Positions 49,065 to 62,525 of a DNA stretch of 64,000 bases are shown here, piece by piece. Position numbers and translations under genes: made by a program. Numbering within the stretch: the stretch's first letter is position 1; each line of letters starts with the position of its first letter. The notes below the pieces were generated by a model that was given only the letters and a program-made list of their open reading frames with translations, did no database searches and had not been told where the DNA came from. The DNA comes from Squalus acanthias (lineage: Eukaryota), in contig CM059432.1 in the NCBI GenBank assembly GCA_030390025.1, forward strand, positions 31,312,001 through 31,376,000. The letters are read 5' to 3'.

Positions 49065-49620
49065 AAAAGAAAGAAAGACTTGCATTTATATAGCATCTTT
49101 CACAACCTCAGGACTTCCCAAAGCACTTTACAGCCAATTAAGTACTTTTGAAGTGTAGTCAAAGTTGTAATGTAGGAAACGCAGCAGCCAATTTGCACAC
49201 AGCAAGTTCCCACAAACAGCAACGTGATAATGACCAGATAATCTATTTTGGTGAAAGGAAATTGTTTTCTTTTGAGCATAGAAGGTTAAGGGCAAACTTA
49301 ATAGAGGTGTTTAAAATTATAAAGCGTTTTGATATAGTAAATAAGGAGAAACTGTGTCCATTAGCAGGAGGGTTGGTAACCAGGGGACACAGATTTATGA
49401 TAATTAGCAAAAGAACCAGAAGGGAGAGGAGGAGAATTTTCTTTACATAGCAGGTTGTTATGATCTGGACTGGACTACCTAAAAGGTAGTAACTTTCAAA
49501 AGGGAATTGAGTATATACTGGAATTGGAAAAATTGTAGATCTATGAGGATAGCGGACTCATTGGATAGCTCTTTCAATGGCACAATGGTCCAAATGGCCT
49601 CCCTTCTATGTTGTATGATT
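49065..49620. mobile_element. SINE tail (minus, 49065-49248) fused to a CR1 3' fragment (plus)
   Basis: (AAAG)n-gacttgcatttatatagc tail, then FEHRRLRANLIEVFKI..TRGHRF. Confidence 0.75.
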
Positions 49621-50504
49621 GTTTGTTGCTAAATCAGAACAATAGTTCAAACTAAACTGTAACAGAGAGACAGAGGCACAAGTTCAAAACCTATCACTTT
49701 GACTATGCGTTTGGTCACCTCCCCTAACACTTCTGCCCATTCCTGCCAAGTACCCGATCACTTATGTGAAGCTTCTTCTGCTACTTTAAAGGTGCAAAAT
49801 GTTGTGCAGACTGGCCTGAATCACCTTCTAAATCCATATCTATCTTGTGCTATCAGAAGCTATAATAAGAATTTTAGTTATCCTCAAGCACTATGTGCCA
49901 TCTAGGCTCATTTGGTAGCTCTCTTAACTTTGAGTCCAAAGGTTGCAGGTTCAAGGCCTACTTCAGGACTTTAGTACGTTGTCTAGAACTGTGATTCTCA
50001 AGCTTTTTTGGTTGAAGGATCCCTTTTCAAATCGATTAGTAATCACGGACCCCCCATCTAAATTATAATACTATATAATACTCATAATATGAAAGTGCTG
50101 CATGTAAAGAGTGTTTTAATAAGGCTTTTAAGAAAACAAGTATTTACTTACAGATATCAGTGAAATGGGTGCGCCTGCTTTTCACTGCAGAGTCTATACT
50201 TGGTGTGATGTTTGATCATTTATTTAAAGCTGTGCCTGCTTTTCATTTTTCTACTTGTTACATTAATTTTAAGTACCATCCTAAAAACTACTGCTAATCT
50301 ATGAATTTTAATTACAAGCCTTTATTTAAATATAATTTGAAATGAGCAAAAGCCTCAATTTTAATTCAACGCTGAAGAGCTAAAGAAGTGAAATTAAAAA
50401 GAACTCGAGATGAAAAAACACCTCCCAAAACATACAGCTGCTTGAGTGATTGGGATTGTCTGCTTCACACCCGTCCGCCGACATCCACATCAAACAAACT
50501 TGTT

Positions 50505-51467
50505 GGGGGAATTTTAACTTAAACAAATGGGTGAGTTGGTGGCACGTGGGAAGTTACAGTGTTAAAAATCTGAATCCCGATCAGAACCCGCCTCCAACCC
50601 GCCCAATTCCAGTTCTAGTGGAGGGGGGTGGGGGTGGGGGCGGGCGGGCAGCCAACCTGCACCCAGGAGGCGGGTCGTCCATTTGAATTTTATAATGAGG
50701 CTGGAAGCCTCTTATTTAACCTCCATTTTGAATTTAGCTTTAGCTGGTTGGGTTTTGCAGGCCTCGTGAAACCCGCCAGGTTGATGGAAGGCAAGGACTG
50801 CTGGATCCAGGAGGTAAGTGCCTTTACACTTACCTCCTGGATCCAGTGTCCCTACCTAACCCAACCCCCACGATCGGAGATCCCCCCACGGGGCCTCCGA
50901 TCCCCCCATCTTCTCCTCTAGCCCCCCTACTTCTACGGCCCTCCCTGTTCTCCTACGGCCGCCGATCTTTACCAACACCACCCCCCCACCCTCCCGCTCC
51001 TCTGGTCCTCCCCATGCTCATCCGACCTCCCATCTTTGCCGACACCCGCCCACCCCCCCAATCCCTCCAGCCATCAATCATTTCCTAACCCCCTCGCACT
51101 CCTCCAGTCGCCAATCATTCCCTAACCCCCTCGCACTCCTCCAGTCGGCAATCATTCCCTAACCCCCCTCCCACTCCCCTGGCCGCCAATCATTCCCTAA
51201 CCCCCTCCCACTCCTCCGGCCGCCAATCATTCCCTAACCCCCCTCCCCCGTGATCCCTCCCTCCCTCCTCTCTGCGGCCTAGCGCCACAGGCCTCCCGGC
51301 CCGCAGCCAGCTAGCCATTCAATCTGGCTGGCTACAGGTGGGAAACAGAAGTTTCCCATGCAAATCAGCCCCTGCCATTAAATTCGGCGGGAGCCCGTTC
51401 TTCCGGTTTTCCCGACCGCTTCGGAGCCACTCTGCTCCCAACCCGCCTCCCCATTAAAATTCAGGCT
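50505..51467. mobile_element. Harbinger-type MITE, family C, inside the hAT
   Basis: GTT|GGGGGAATTTT..AAAATTCAGGCT|GTT; inverted relative of 17297-18094. Confidence 0.8.
51070..51245. repeat. Minisatellite, about 37 bp x 5
   Basis: Unit ccaatcattccctaaccccctc(g/c)cactcctcc(a/g)g(t/c)cg. Confidence 0.9.
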
Positions 51468-52194
51468 GTTCTTTTCATGGTCAGGTGTTCCCGCGCTCAG
51501 CCAGTCTGCGCCCTGCTGTCTCCAGCTAGTGACACATAAACCCAAACCCGAACTCTCCCCCCCGCACCCTCCAAAAAAACAACAGCCAGGCAACCTGACA
51601 GGCCCTGGGTCTCCAACACCCCCGCTCCCTCCACCACGCAAACTTTCCAGAACTTTCCGGCACGTAAATCAGTAATGGGATTTCAGTGCGATTTGGCCCA
51701 GCGGTGATTTCAACACACCGACAATAATGATCCCACGCAACTGGTTCGGGAAAAGTTTACACAATAAATAAAAACCTTCCAGCAGACCACACAAAGCCAG
51801 CAGGAGACTCGCGGTGAACTATGACAAGTCGCCCTTGGTTGAACTTTAAAACTTACCGACGCCCGACAAAACTTTTCTATTTATCAGTGCCCTTCACAGC
51901 ATTACCAGCCAGCCAACCTCCGCTCTCCTCCCGCAGACACCAATGAGGGCATTGGAAGGAACCCGCACATTAACACTCTGGTCCCGCCTCCTTCCCACTC
52001 CTCTCTGGTTCATTTTTACAGTCTGCAGTTTTTCAGAGATGTTCTCCAATGAATAATTGGTCAATGTTTCGCGGACCACCTGGAATGTCTCCGTGGACCC
52101 CAGTTTGAGAACCACTAGTCTGGAACAGTTCAGTGGAGTACTGCAGTGTCACAGGAGCCATCTTTTAGGTAAGATTTTACACAGAAGCTCTTTC

Positions 52195-52565
52195 TTTTTT
52201 TTATTTATTCATTCATGGGAGGTGGGTGTCGCTGGCAAGTCCAGCATTCATTGCCCATCCCTAATTGGCCTTGAGAAGGTGGTGGTGAGCCGCCTTCTTG
52301 AACCGCTGCAGTCCGTGTGGTGAAGGTACTTCCACAGTGCTGTTAGGGAGGGAGTTCCAGGATTTTGACCCAGCGACGATGAAGGAACAACAACATATTT
52401 CCAAGTCAGGATGGTGTGTGACTTGGAAGGAAACTTGGAGCTGGTGGTGTTCCCATGCGCCTGCTGCACTTGTCCTTCTAGGTGGTAGAGATCGTGGTCA
52501 TGAGAGGTGCTATCAAAGAAGCCTTGGCGAGCTGCTGCAGTGCATCTTGTAGATGGTACATACTG
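52195..52565 (-). mobile_element. Second LINE family 3' end
   Basis: ttcattcatgggaggtgggtgtcgctggcaag..gccttggcgagctgctgcagtgcatcttgtagatgg. Confidence 0.8.
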
Positions 52566-53103
52566 CCAGTTCTTTCACTCAAAGGTGAAAGTAAGTTAGC
52601 TGGAAGGCTATTGAAGCAGAGAGGCTGAAAAGTCTAAGGAGAGAGATGTAATTGAGGAACATGTGGGTAAATTCACCAATCTCATAAGCCATGCACAAAG
52701 GATGTCCATGTTGGATAGAGGGCTACAATACTGCAGAACTGATTCTCCAACCCACTGTCCCTTTGAGCACAGCAGTGAGAAATTGTGATGGGTGGAGGGG
52801 AGCCTGTAGGTTTCCATGGAAACATGAGCTACATGGGATGTATGGCCTTCCCATCTGTACTTACCTTTATTAACAGTACACCATAGCCTGTTATTACTGC
52901 TCAGTCACAATTCTGCTGCAGTTTCAGCCAAAGTCTAGCGTTCCTTGACCTTTGCGGTTTTCAGTAATCTGTATCCAGGTTAAAACACAGATGGGCAATA
53001 CCCATATCCCAAGAATGATTTTTTTTTTAAATGCTCCTGAGACTGACTGGCTGAGGCACTGCCATATGTTGGAGCATCTTGTGAGAATACACTTAATTCC
53101 TCA

Positions 53104-56100
53104 TAGTGATAGGGGACTCAATTGTAAAGGGAATAGACAGGAGTTTCTGTGGCCGCAACCGAGATTCCAGGATGGTATGTTGCCTCCCTGGTGCAAGGGT
53201 CAAGGATGTCTCGGAGCGGCTGCAGAACATTCTGGAAAGGGAGGGTGAAGAGCCAGCTGTCGTGGTGCATGTAGGTACCAACGATATAGGTAAAAAGCGG
53301 GAAGAGGTCCTACAAGCAGAATTTAGGGAGCTAGGAGCTAAATTGAAAAGTAGGACCTCAAAGGTAGTAATCTCTGGGTTGCTACCAGTGCCACGTGCTA
53401 ATCAGAGTAGCATGAACAGGATAGCAAGATTAAATACGTGGCTTGAGCAGTGGTGCAGGAGGGAGGGATTCAAATACCTGAGGCATTGGAACCAGTTCTG
53501 GGGGAAGTGGGACCTGTACAAAAGGGACGGTCTGCACTTGGGCAGGACTGGAACCGATGTCCTCGGGGTAATATTTGCTAAGGCAGTTCGGGAGGATTTA
53601 AACTAATATGGCAGGGGAATGGGAACCTATGTAGCGAAACAGGGGGATGTAATATGCAGTCAGAAACAAATGTTAGAAGGGTGAGAAACAATAAGGGAAA
53701 TCCGAGTAAACAAAGGCAAGAAACACAAAGGGCCATACTAAATCATAAGTCTAAAAGGACAAAGGGTGTGAATAAAACAAGCCTAAAGGCTCTGTGTCTT
53801 AATGCAAGAAGTATCCGTAATAAGGTGGATGAATTGACTGTGCAAATTGATGTTAACGGATATGATGTGATTGGGATTACAGAGACGTGGCTCCAGAACA
53901 ATCAAGGCTAGGAACTGAATATCCAGGGGTATTCAACATTCAGGAAGGATAGAATAAAAGGAAAAGGGGGTGGGGTAGCATTGCTGGTTAAAAAGGAGAT
54001 TAATGCAATAGCTAGGAAGGACATTAGCTTGGAGGATGTGGAATCAATATGGGTTGAGCTGCAGAACACCAAAGGGCAGAAAACGTTAGTGGGGGTTGTG
54101 TACAGACCTCCAAACAGTAGTAGTGAGGTGGGGGAGGGTATGAAACAGGAAATCAGAGGTGCATGCAAAAAAGGCGCAGCAGTTATCATGGGTGACTTTA
54201 ATATGCATATAGATTGGGCTACTCAAACTGGAAGCAATACGGTGGAGGAGGATTTCCTGGAGTGTTTAAGGGATGGTTTCCTAAACCAATATGTTGAGGA
54301 ACCAACTAGAGGGGAGGCCATCCTGGACTGGGTGTTGTGTAATGAGGAAGGACTAATCAGCAATCTTGTGGTGCGAGGCCCCTTGGGGAAGAGTGACCAT
54401 AGTATGGTGGAGTTCGACATTAGGATGGAGAAGGAAACAGTTAATTCAGAGACCATGGTCCAGAACTTAAATAAGGGCAACTTTGAGGGTATGAGGCGTG
54501 AATTGGCGAGGTTAGATTGGCAAGCGATATTTAAGGGGTTATCAGTGGAAGGGCAATGGCAGACATTTAGAGATCGCATGGATGAACTACAGCAATTGTA
54601 CATCCCTGTCTGGCGTAAAAATAAAAAAGGGAAGGTGGCTCAACCATGGCTAACAAGGGAAATCAGGGATAGTATTAAAAGCAAGGAAGTGGCATACAAA
54701 TTGGCCAGAAGTAGCAGCAAACCCGGGGACTGGGAGAACTTTAAAACTCAGCAGAGGAGGACGAAGGGTTTGATTAGGGCAGGGAAAATAAAATATGAAA
54801 GGAAGCTTGCGGAGAACATTAAAACAGACTGCAAAAGCTTCTATAAATATGTAAAAAGAAAGAGATTAGTAAAAACAAACGTAGGTCCCCTGCAGTCAGA
54901 AACAGGGGAAGTCATAATGGGGAACAAAGAAATGGCAGATCAATTGAACAAGTACTTTGGTTCGGTGTTTACTGTGGAGGACACAAACAACCTTCCGGAA
55001 ATAAAAGAGATCAAAGGATCTGGTAAGAGGGAGGAGCTGAGGGAAATCCTTATCAGTCGGGAAAAGGTGTTGGGGAAATTGATGGGACTGAAGGCTGATA
55101 AATCCCCAGGGCCTGATGGTCTGCATCCCAGAGTACTTAAGGAGGTGGCCTTGGAAATAGTGGATGCATTGACGATCATTTTCCAACATTCCTTAGACTC
55201 TGGATCAGTTCCGAAGGAGTGGAGGGTGGCTAATGTAACCCCTCTTTTTAAAAAAGGAGGGAGGGAGAAAGCAGGGAATTATAGACCGGTCAGCCTGACA
55301 TCGGTGGTGGGTAAAATGATGGAATCAATTATTAAAGATGTCATAACAGACCATTTGGAAAGTGGCGACATGATAGGTCCAAGTCAGCATGGATTTGTGA
55401 TAGGGAAATCATGCTTGACAAATCTTCTGGAATTTTTTGAGGATGTTTCCAATAGGGTGGACGGGGGGGAACCAGTAGATGTGGTGTATTTGGACTTTCA
55501 GAGGCCTTCGACAAGGTCCCACACAAGAGATTGGTGTGCAAAGTTAAAGCACATGGGATTGGGGGTAATGTGTTGACGTGGATTGAGAACTGGTTGGCAC
55601 ACAGGAAACAAAGAGTAGGAGTAAATGGGTACTTTTCAGAATGGCAGGCAGTGACCAGCGGGGTACCGCAGGGTTCGGTGCTGGGGCCCCAGCTGTTTAC
55701 ATTATATATTAATGATTTGGACGAAGGGATTAATTGTAATATCTCCAAATTTGCGGATGACACTAAATTGGGAGGCAGTGTGAACAATGAGGAGGATGCT
55801 AGGAGGCTACAGAGTGACTTGGACAGGTTGGGTGAATGGGCAAATGTATGGCAGATGAAGTACAATGTGGATAAATGTGAGGTTATCCACTTTGGTGGTA
55901 AAAATAGGGAGGCAGACTATTACCTGAATGGTGGCAGATTAGGGAAAGGGGAGGTGCAACGAGACCTGGGCGTCATGGTACATCAGTCACTGAAGGTGGG
56001 AAGGCAAGTGCAGCAGGCAGTCAAGAAAGCAAATGGCATGATGGCCTTCATAGCAAGGGGATTTGAGTACAGGAGTAGGGAGGTGATGCTACAGTTGTAC

Positions 56101-56689
56101 AGGGCCTTGGTGAGGCCACACCTGGAGTATTGTGTGCAGTTTTGGTCTCCTAACTTGAGGAAGGACATTCTTGCTATTGAGGGAGTGCAACGAAGGTTCA
56201 CTAGATTGATTCCTGGGATGGCCAGACTGACATATCAAGAAAGACTGGATCAACTGAACTTGTATCCTCTGGAGTTCAGAAGAATGAGGGGGGATCTTAT
56301 AGAGACGTTTAAAATCCTGACTGGTTTAGACAAATTAGATGCGGGCAGAATGTTTCCAATGTTAGGGAAAACTAAAACCAGGGGTCACAGTCTAAGGATA
56401 AAGGGGAAGCCATTTAAGACTGAGATGAGGAGGAACTTCTTCACCCAGAGAGTGGTGAATCTGTGGAATTCTCTACCACAGAAGGTTGTTGAGGCCAGTT
56501 CGCTAAATATATTCAAAAGGGAGTTAGATATAATACTCACAACTAGGGGGATCAAGGGGTATGGCGAGAAAGCAGGAATGGGGTACTGAGGTAGCATGTT
56601 CAGCCATGAACGCATTGAATGGCGGTGCAGGCTCGAAGGACCGAATGGTCTACTCCTGCACCTATTTTCTATGTTTCTATGTTTCTATG
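53104..56689 (+). mobile_element. Young CR1 LINE: ORF1 SGNH esterase part plus disrupted ORF2
   Basis: ORF1 IGDS..VGTND..DGLH at 53106-53606. ORF2 (53654-56589) has a TAG at 53909 and a frameshift near 55500. (TTTCTATG)n tail. Confidence 0.97.
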
Positions 56690-57049
56690 TGTCCTGGGAT
56701 TGTAATCACTACAATTGACTGGGCTTTTAATGGCTGGTAAAGCCTGCATCTCTACAACATTCACACAAGCCTAAGGCCAGCAAAGCACAGGAGCTCTTCT
56801 GTATATATTCTTTTCCCTTCCTGTCCTGGAGGCACAACAGTTATATTACGAAATTATACTCCCAGCATAGAGCCTCGGCTGCTGGGAGCACATAGTGGGG
56901 ATTCTGGAGATTGCCCAAATTCCCGATATGCACTCTCGTTGGGTGAGAGCTCTGTGCCTGGATCACGATTTCATAAAGTTAACCCTACTGACTCTTCCTG
57001 GGTATGGTTTCACAGGACTTGGCAGCTGTCACCCAAAGTATGAGTCTAA

Positions 57050-57337
57050 GTAGGTAGTCTTGGTCAGCTGTTGGAGCATGGAGGGCATCTCGGCCAAATC
57101 CAATTCAGTCTATACCCAATTTCCACACATGCACACTTTCTAGCAGGGATGGCAGTCAGGAAAGTGAATTCTAGATCATTTTTTTCCCTTCCCTTACCCA
57201 CAGACGCAGAGACCAAACATAACCCCAACCATGAGATCAGTTAACTGAGCACAGATCTGGGATTAAACCTGAAGCCTCCTGGTCTGTAAGGCCTAGAGCA
57301 ACACTGAACATTGCCTTTACCCACTCAGGCATCAGGA
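57050..57337 (-). mobile_element. Ancient tRNA-derived SINE (related copies near 33780-33930 and 58135-58500)
   Basis: Shared acagaccagga..aggtt head and gaaagtgtgcatgtgtg motif. Confidence 0.45.
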
Positions 57338-57759
57338 GCTATCAACATGAGACTTGTTATTGCTAGTCCATCCTTGCTTTCTAAAAATTCCACAGTGTGT
57401 CTGTCTACTAGTAGCCCAGAGGATCACTCATTATGTGTCATAATGGAGTAGAAGACCTAACACTGATGAAACCACTCAAGCGCACCTCATGCATTAACAA
57501 GTCTCTCACCCTTTTCTCTGTATAAATCACACTGCAGTGCTAATTCTAACTGCAACATTGAAGAATGATTTTAATTTTATTTTTCGATAGTTTGCATGGG
57601 CGGAGGTGTAGATTGATCTTTCTGCTTATTGTAAGCAATGATGTATAAGTCACACTTGAGAATGTGTCACACCTCGACTTAAAATGAATAAGTCCTATTA
57701 ATCATCGAGCTATAAAGTTACTGTGTTATGGCTACTCCAGGTTTTAGTCGAATGGTTAA

Positions 57760-58105
57760 TAGAATCAATAATAGAATGATACAGCACAGAAGGAGGCCAT
57801 TTGGCCCATCGGGCCTGTGCTGGCTCTTTGAAAGAGCTATCCAATTAGTCCCACACCTCTGCCCTTTTCCCACAGCCCTGAAGATTTTCTCCCTTCAAGT
57901 ATTCATCCAATTCCCTTTTAAAAGTTATTACTGAATCTGCTTCCACCACCCTTTCAAGCTGTGCATTCCAGATCATAACAAATCTTTGCTTAATTTTTTT
58001 TTCCTCATGTCACCTCTAGTTCTTTTGCCAATTACCTTAAATCGGTGTCTGGTTAATGACCTTTCTGCCACTGGAAACAGTTTCTCCTTATTTACTGTAT
58101 CAAAA
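57760..58105 (-). mobile_element. CR1 3' fragment
   Basis: acagcacagaaggaggccatttggccc tail; similar short copy at 48275-48385. Confidence 0.75.
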
Positions 58106-58564
58106 TCTTCATGGTTAAACAAGCCTGGTGCTGCCCCAATGGCTCAGTTTGATAAAGCTCTGCTCAGTGTGCTGTTGAACCATACAGACCAGGAAGGTCC
58201 TAGGTTCATTCTCCAGTCCATCTTGAATAAGCTGTCAGCCAGAGCAGGGATTGGAATGCTACTGTTGGCCTCAGCATCTTGGGATAGAATGGGAAACAAA
58301 TTAGCTATCGTTCCTGAGCCCTTATTGCTGCTGCTGAAAAGTCGGTGAATACTGATGTCAGGTGAGGGCAGGATTAAACTTGTTTCTAATGCCCTCTCTC
58401 GCCTCTCCCTCTCACACACAGTTCAATATCTTGCTGAAGCTCACACGCGAAGAATGGCTCTTTGGCAAGATACCGCAGGTTGAAAATCACCCGTGGAATT
58501 GGAATACAGCACGTGTTAGTGCCTCTAGCAGAGCAGGGAGGAAATGGGAACAAAAATAAAGATG

Positions 58565-61066
58565 GATAAGAACATAAGAAATAGGAGCTGGAGTAGGTCA
58601 TTTAGCTCTTCGAGCCTGCTCCGCCATTCAAAAAGATCAAGACTGATCTTTTACCTCAACTCCACCTTCCCGCTCTATCCCCATATCCCTTAATTCCCTT
58701 CATTCCCAAAAATTTATCGACCTCTGTCTTGAATATATTCAACGACTGAGCATCCACAGCTCTCCAAATTCTTCTAAATTTCTCCTCATCTCAGTCCTAA
58801 ATGACGGACCCCTTATTCTGTGACTGTGACCTCGTGTTCTAGATTCTCCAGCTAGGGGAAACATTTTTCCAGCATTAATCCTGTCAAGCCCCTTAAGAAT
58901 TTTATATGTTTCAATTAGATCACCTCTCATTCTTCTAAACTCTAAGGACTTTGGGCCTAGTCTACTCAATCTCTCCTCATAGGGCAATCCCCTCATCCCA
59001 GGAACCAGTCTAGTGAACTTTTGCTGCACTCCCTCTAAGGCAAGTATGTCTTTCCTTAGGTAAGGAGACCAGAACTGTACACAGTACTCCAGGTGTGGCT
59101 TCACCAATGCCCTGTATAATTGTAACAAGACTTATTTACTCTTATACTCTAATCGCTTTGTAACAAAAGCTAACATACCATTTGCTTTCCTAATTGCTTG
59201 CTGTACCTGCATGTTAACTTTTTGTGATTCATGTACAAGGACACCCAGATCCCTCTGAGTGCAAACATTTCCCAGTCTCTCACCATTCAAAAAATATTCT
59301 GCTTTTTTGTTTTTCCTACCAAAGTGGATAACTTCACATTTCCCCACATTGTAATCCATTTGCCATGTTCTTGCCCACTCAGTCAACTTGTCTATATCGC
59401 CTCTTTGCGTCCTCCTCACAGCTTACTTTCCCACCTAACTTTGTATCATCAGCAAACTTGGATATGTTACACTCAATCCCTTCATCTAAGTCATTAATAT
59501 AGATTGTAAATAGCTGAGGCCCAAGCACTGATCCTTGCGGTACCCCACTAGTTACAGCCTGCCAACCTGAAAAAGTCCTGTTTATTCCTACTCTCTGTTT
59601 TCTGTCCATTAATCAATCCTCAATCCATGCTAATATATTATCCCCAAAAGCATGAGCCCTAATTTTGTGTAATAACCTCTTGTGTGGCACCTTATCGAAT
59701 GCTTTTTGAAAATCCAAATACACAACATCCAGTGGTTCCTCCTTATCCATCCTACTAGTTACATCTCCGAAAAACTCTAACAGATTTGTCAAACACAATT
59801 TCCCTTTCATAAAACCATGTTGACTCTGCCTAATCATATTATGATTTTCTAAGTGCCCTGTTACCACATCCCTAATAATAGATTCTAGCATTTTTCCTAC
59901 TACTGATGTCAAGCTAACTGGCCTATAGTTCCCTGTTTTTTCTCTTCCTCCTTTCTTAAATAGTGGGGTTATGTTTGCTACCTTCCAATCCTTGGGGACT
60001 GTTCTAGAATCTAGGGAACTCTGGAAGATTAATACCAGTGCATCCACTATCTCTGCAGCTACCTCTTTTAAAACCCTAGGATGCAAGTCGTCAGGTTCAG
60101 GGGATTTGTCGCCACTTAGTCCCATTAATTTCTCCAGTACTATGGGGGCAAAATTCGGTTACACCCGTTTGGGGGCGGTAACCGAATTAGCGCCTCACAT
60201 TTAGCGCCCAGGGTGGGAGTATCGCCCCAGCCGATAAATTGGGCTTACCACCCCGATGAGGAAGCAGAGCACTATTTCAGGCGCGCCACTTCCTCTCAGG
60301 GTGGTGCGTGGGGCACAAAGTGCGGCAGCGCCGAAGCACTATGCAACCGCTCCGCCATGCGCTGACGTGTTTTAGCGCCCCACCCCTTCTGTTAAATGGG
60401 AGGGCCACTGTGCACTCTGCAGACCATTTGACAGCATCCACTAGCCCACCAGGGTGGTGTGGTGCCGTGGCCACAGCCCGGCACTGAGACGTGGTACCGG
60501 ACAGCGTAATAGCGGCCATGGACCACACCAAGGGCCGCAAAGAGGGGCCGAACTGGAGGTCAGCCAAAATAAAAAATGACGACGTGGGCGCAGCCAGACC
60601 GTCCCTTTAATTAGCGCCTCACCAGCGGTGTGCGGCCTAGCTCGCGACCCGCGAGGCTGTCGCTGACATCGCCAGCGGCAGCCTCACGGGGCACAGACGA
60701 ATTTCAGCCACGGGGCGCTAAGGGATCGCGTCGCTTGCCGATGATGTCATCGCCGGCTGCGCCACGGTCCGGGGCACTACCAGCGGGGGCACAGCACTTT
60801 CGGCTAGTGCCTCAGTAGCGCCCCGCTGAATTTCTCGGCAGATGCTATTAGCGCCCCCCCCAGAGGCATTAACAGCGGGCGCAAAGGAGGCGAATTTCAC
60901 CCCCTATGTCTTTACTTATACTGATTTCCTCATTAAGTTCCTCATTCTCTCTTGACCCTTGGTTCTCCATTATTTCCGGAATGTTTTTTGTGTGCTCTAC
61001 TGTGAAGACAGATACAAAGTATTTGTTTAATGTTTCTGCCATTTCCTTATTGCCCATTATAATTTC
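58565..61066 (-). mobile_element. Degenerate CR1 ORF2 and tail, interrupted by a MITE
   Basis: Minus ORFs with NYRPVSLTS, GVPQGS and FADD; cataagaa tail repeats at 58565-58580. Confidence 0.95.
60144..60904. mobile_element. Harbinger-type MITE, TAT TSD
   Basis: TAT|GGGGGCAAAATTC..GAATTTCACCCCC|TAT. Confidence 0.9.
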
Positions 61067-61524
61067 AGATCCCACCAAACACATCTTCCCCTCACCTCCC
61101 CTTTCAGCGTTCCAAAGGGACCGCTCCGTCCACGACACCCTGGTCCACTCCTCTATCACCCCCAACACCCCTTCTCCTTTGCCCGGCACCTTCCCGTGCA
61201 AGTGCAGGAGATGCAACACCTGCCCTTTTACCTCCTCCCTTCCCACCGTCCAGGGCCCCAAACACTCCTTCCAGGTGAAACAGCGATTTACTTGTACTTC
61301 TTGCAATTTAGTACACTGTATTCGCTGCTCATGATGCGATCTCCTCTACGTTGGGGAGACCAAACGCAGATTGGGTGATCGCTTTGCGGAACGCCTCCGT
61401 TCAGTCCGTAAGGGTGACCCTGAGTTCCGGTCGCCTGTCACTTTAATTCTCCGCTCCACTCTCACTCTGACCTCTCCGTCCTTGGCCTCTTACACTATTC
61501 CAATGAAGCTCAACGTAAGCTCGA
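61067..61524 (+). mobile_element. Penelope-like element, zinc finger and GIY-YIG endonuclease region
   Basis: PCKCRRCNTC..FTCTSCNLVHCIRCS*CDLLYVGETKRRLGDRFAE. Confidence 0.88.
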
Positions 61525-61751
61525 GCACAAAATCTTCACCAACACAGTAGATCCATTCACCACAGATCCATTCGCCATTGGCTTGGAAGTAAGAGTACTA
61601 CCAGCTGAGCCAAACTGACAAATGAAATGGCTATTATGCCCAGCTAGTCTCTAACTGTTAGCCTGTATTTACACTACAACAGTAGCATCAATGTGAAACT
61701 CTGCTTCTCTCCAGAGTAAGGTATGAGCCTAAATGCAAATTTATACTATAG

Positions 61752-62525
61752 GGGGGAAAAATTCAGCTGCTTGCGCCTCCCGTTAGCGCCTTAAATGGGC
61801 GCTAATGGGGCGTAAAGCAGCTAACGCCCGGGCGCAGCGCCGCCCACGCCTCCCGAAAAATTTAGTGGGAGGTTAGCGGCGGCGGCAGCCGGTAGCGCCC
61901 TGTGGCGCTGCGCCGCCGGCGATGACGTCATCGCCGTGCGCAGCGCCCCGCTCGCGCCCCGGCCGTGATCTTCAGTCGCGCCCCCTGATTTACCGCCAGA
62001 CGCTGTGTCCGACGGGTTCAGGGGGGCGTACGTGCGGCCGGGGCGGCGATATTTAAAGGGGAGGTGGCAGGCGGCCATTTTTGTTGCTGGCCGCCTGCCA
62101 GCACCTGCCCCCGTTGCTGTCCCCGGCCCCCGTGAAGCCCCCCCACCGTGAAGTGCCGGCTGCGCTCCAAGAGCCCGGCACTTCTCTTGAGTGCCGGGCT
62201 CTTTTGCCGGCACTCCCGATCCCTGGGAGCCCAGCTGGGCCCCGGTTCGCGCTGCGCAAGGCCCCTCCCCTTTAAGAAGGGGAGGAAGGCCTGCAATACC
62301 GCGGCGCGACGTGCCGCAGCGCGTGGCGCTGCGGCACGTAGCGCCAGGATATTCACTCGCAGCGCCCCAAGAGGGATGCGGGGTGCTTCCAGTTGCGCCC
62401 CGCTTCCCTCTTGGGGCGCAACCACTGAAGTTCCGGCGCGGGGCCGCTAATTTTTTCGGGGCGCTAAAAGTCGCGCCCCGGCGAGGTTAGCGCCCCAAAT
62501 GGGGCGCGACTCAATTTTTACCCCC
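61752..62525. mobile_element. Very CpG-rich Harbinger-type MITE, TAG TSD
   Basis: TAG|GGGGGAAAAATT..AATTTTTACCCCC|TAG; subterminal (T)AGCGCC repeats shared with family B. Confidence 0.9.

Larger units (their letters stand above)
49989..52117 (-). mobile_element. hAT/Charlie-type internally deleted transposon
   Basis: TIR-like ctgtgattctcaagc / gtttgagaaccacta; 8-bp TSD gtctagaa / gtctggaa; transposase C-terminus CSEKQAHPFH* on the minus strand at 50157-50190. Inserted in a SINE. Confidence 0.85.

Noticed and set aside
61821..62490. CpG-island gene suggested by multiple GC-rich ORFs
   Set aside because: Entirely within a TIR/TSD-bounded MITE; the ORFs reflect stop-codon scarcity in GC-rich DNA.
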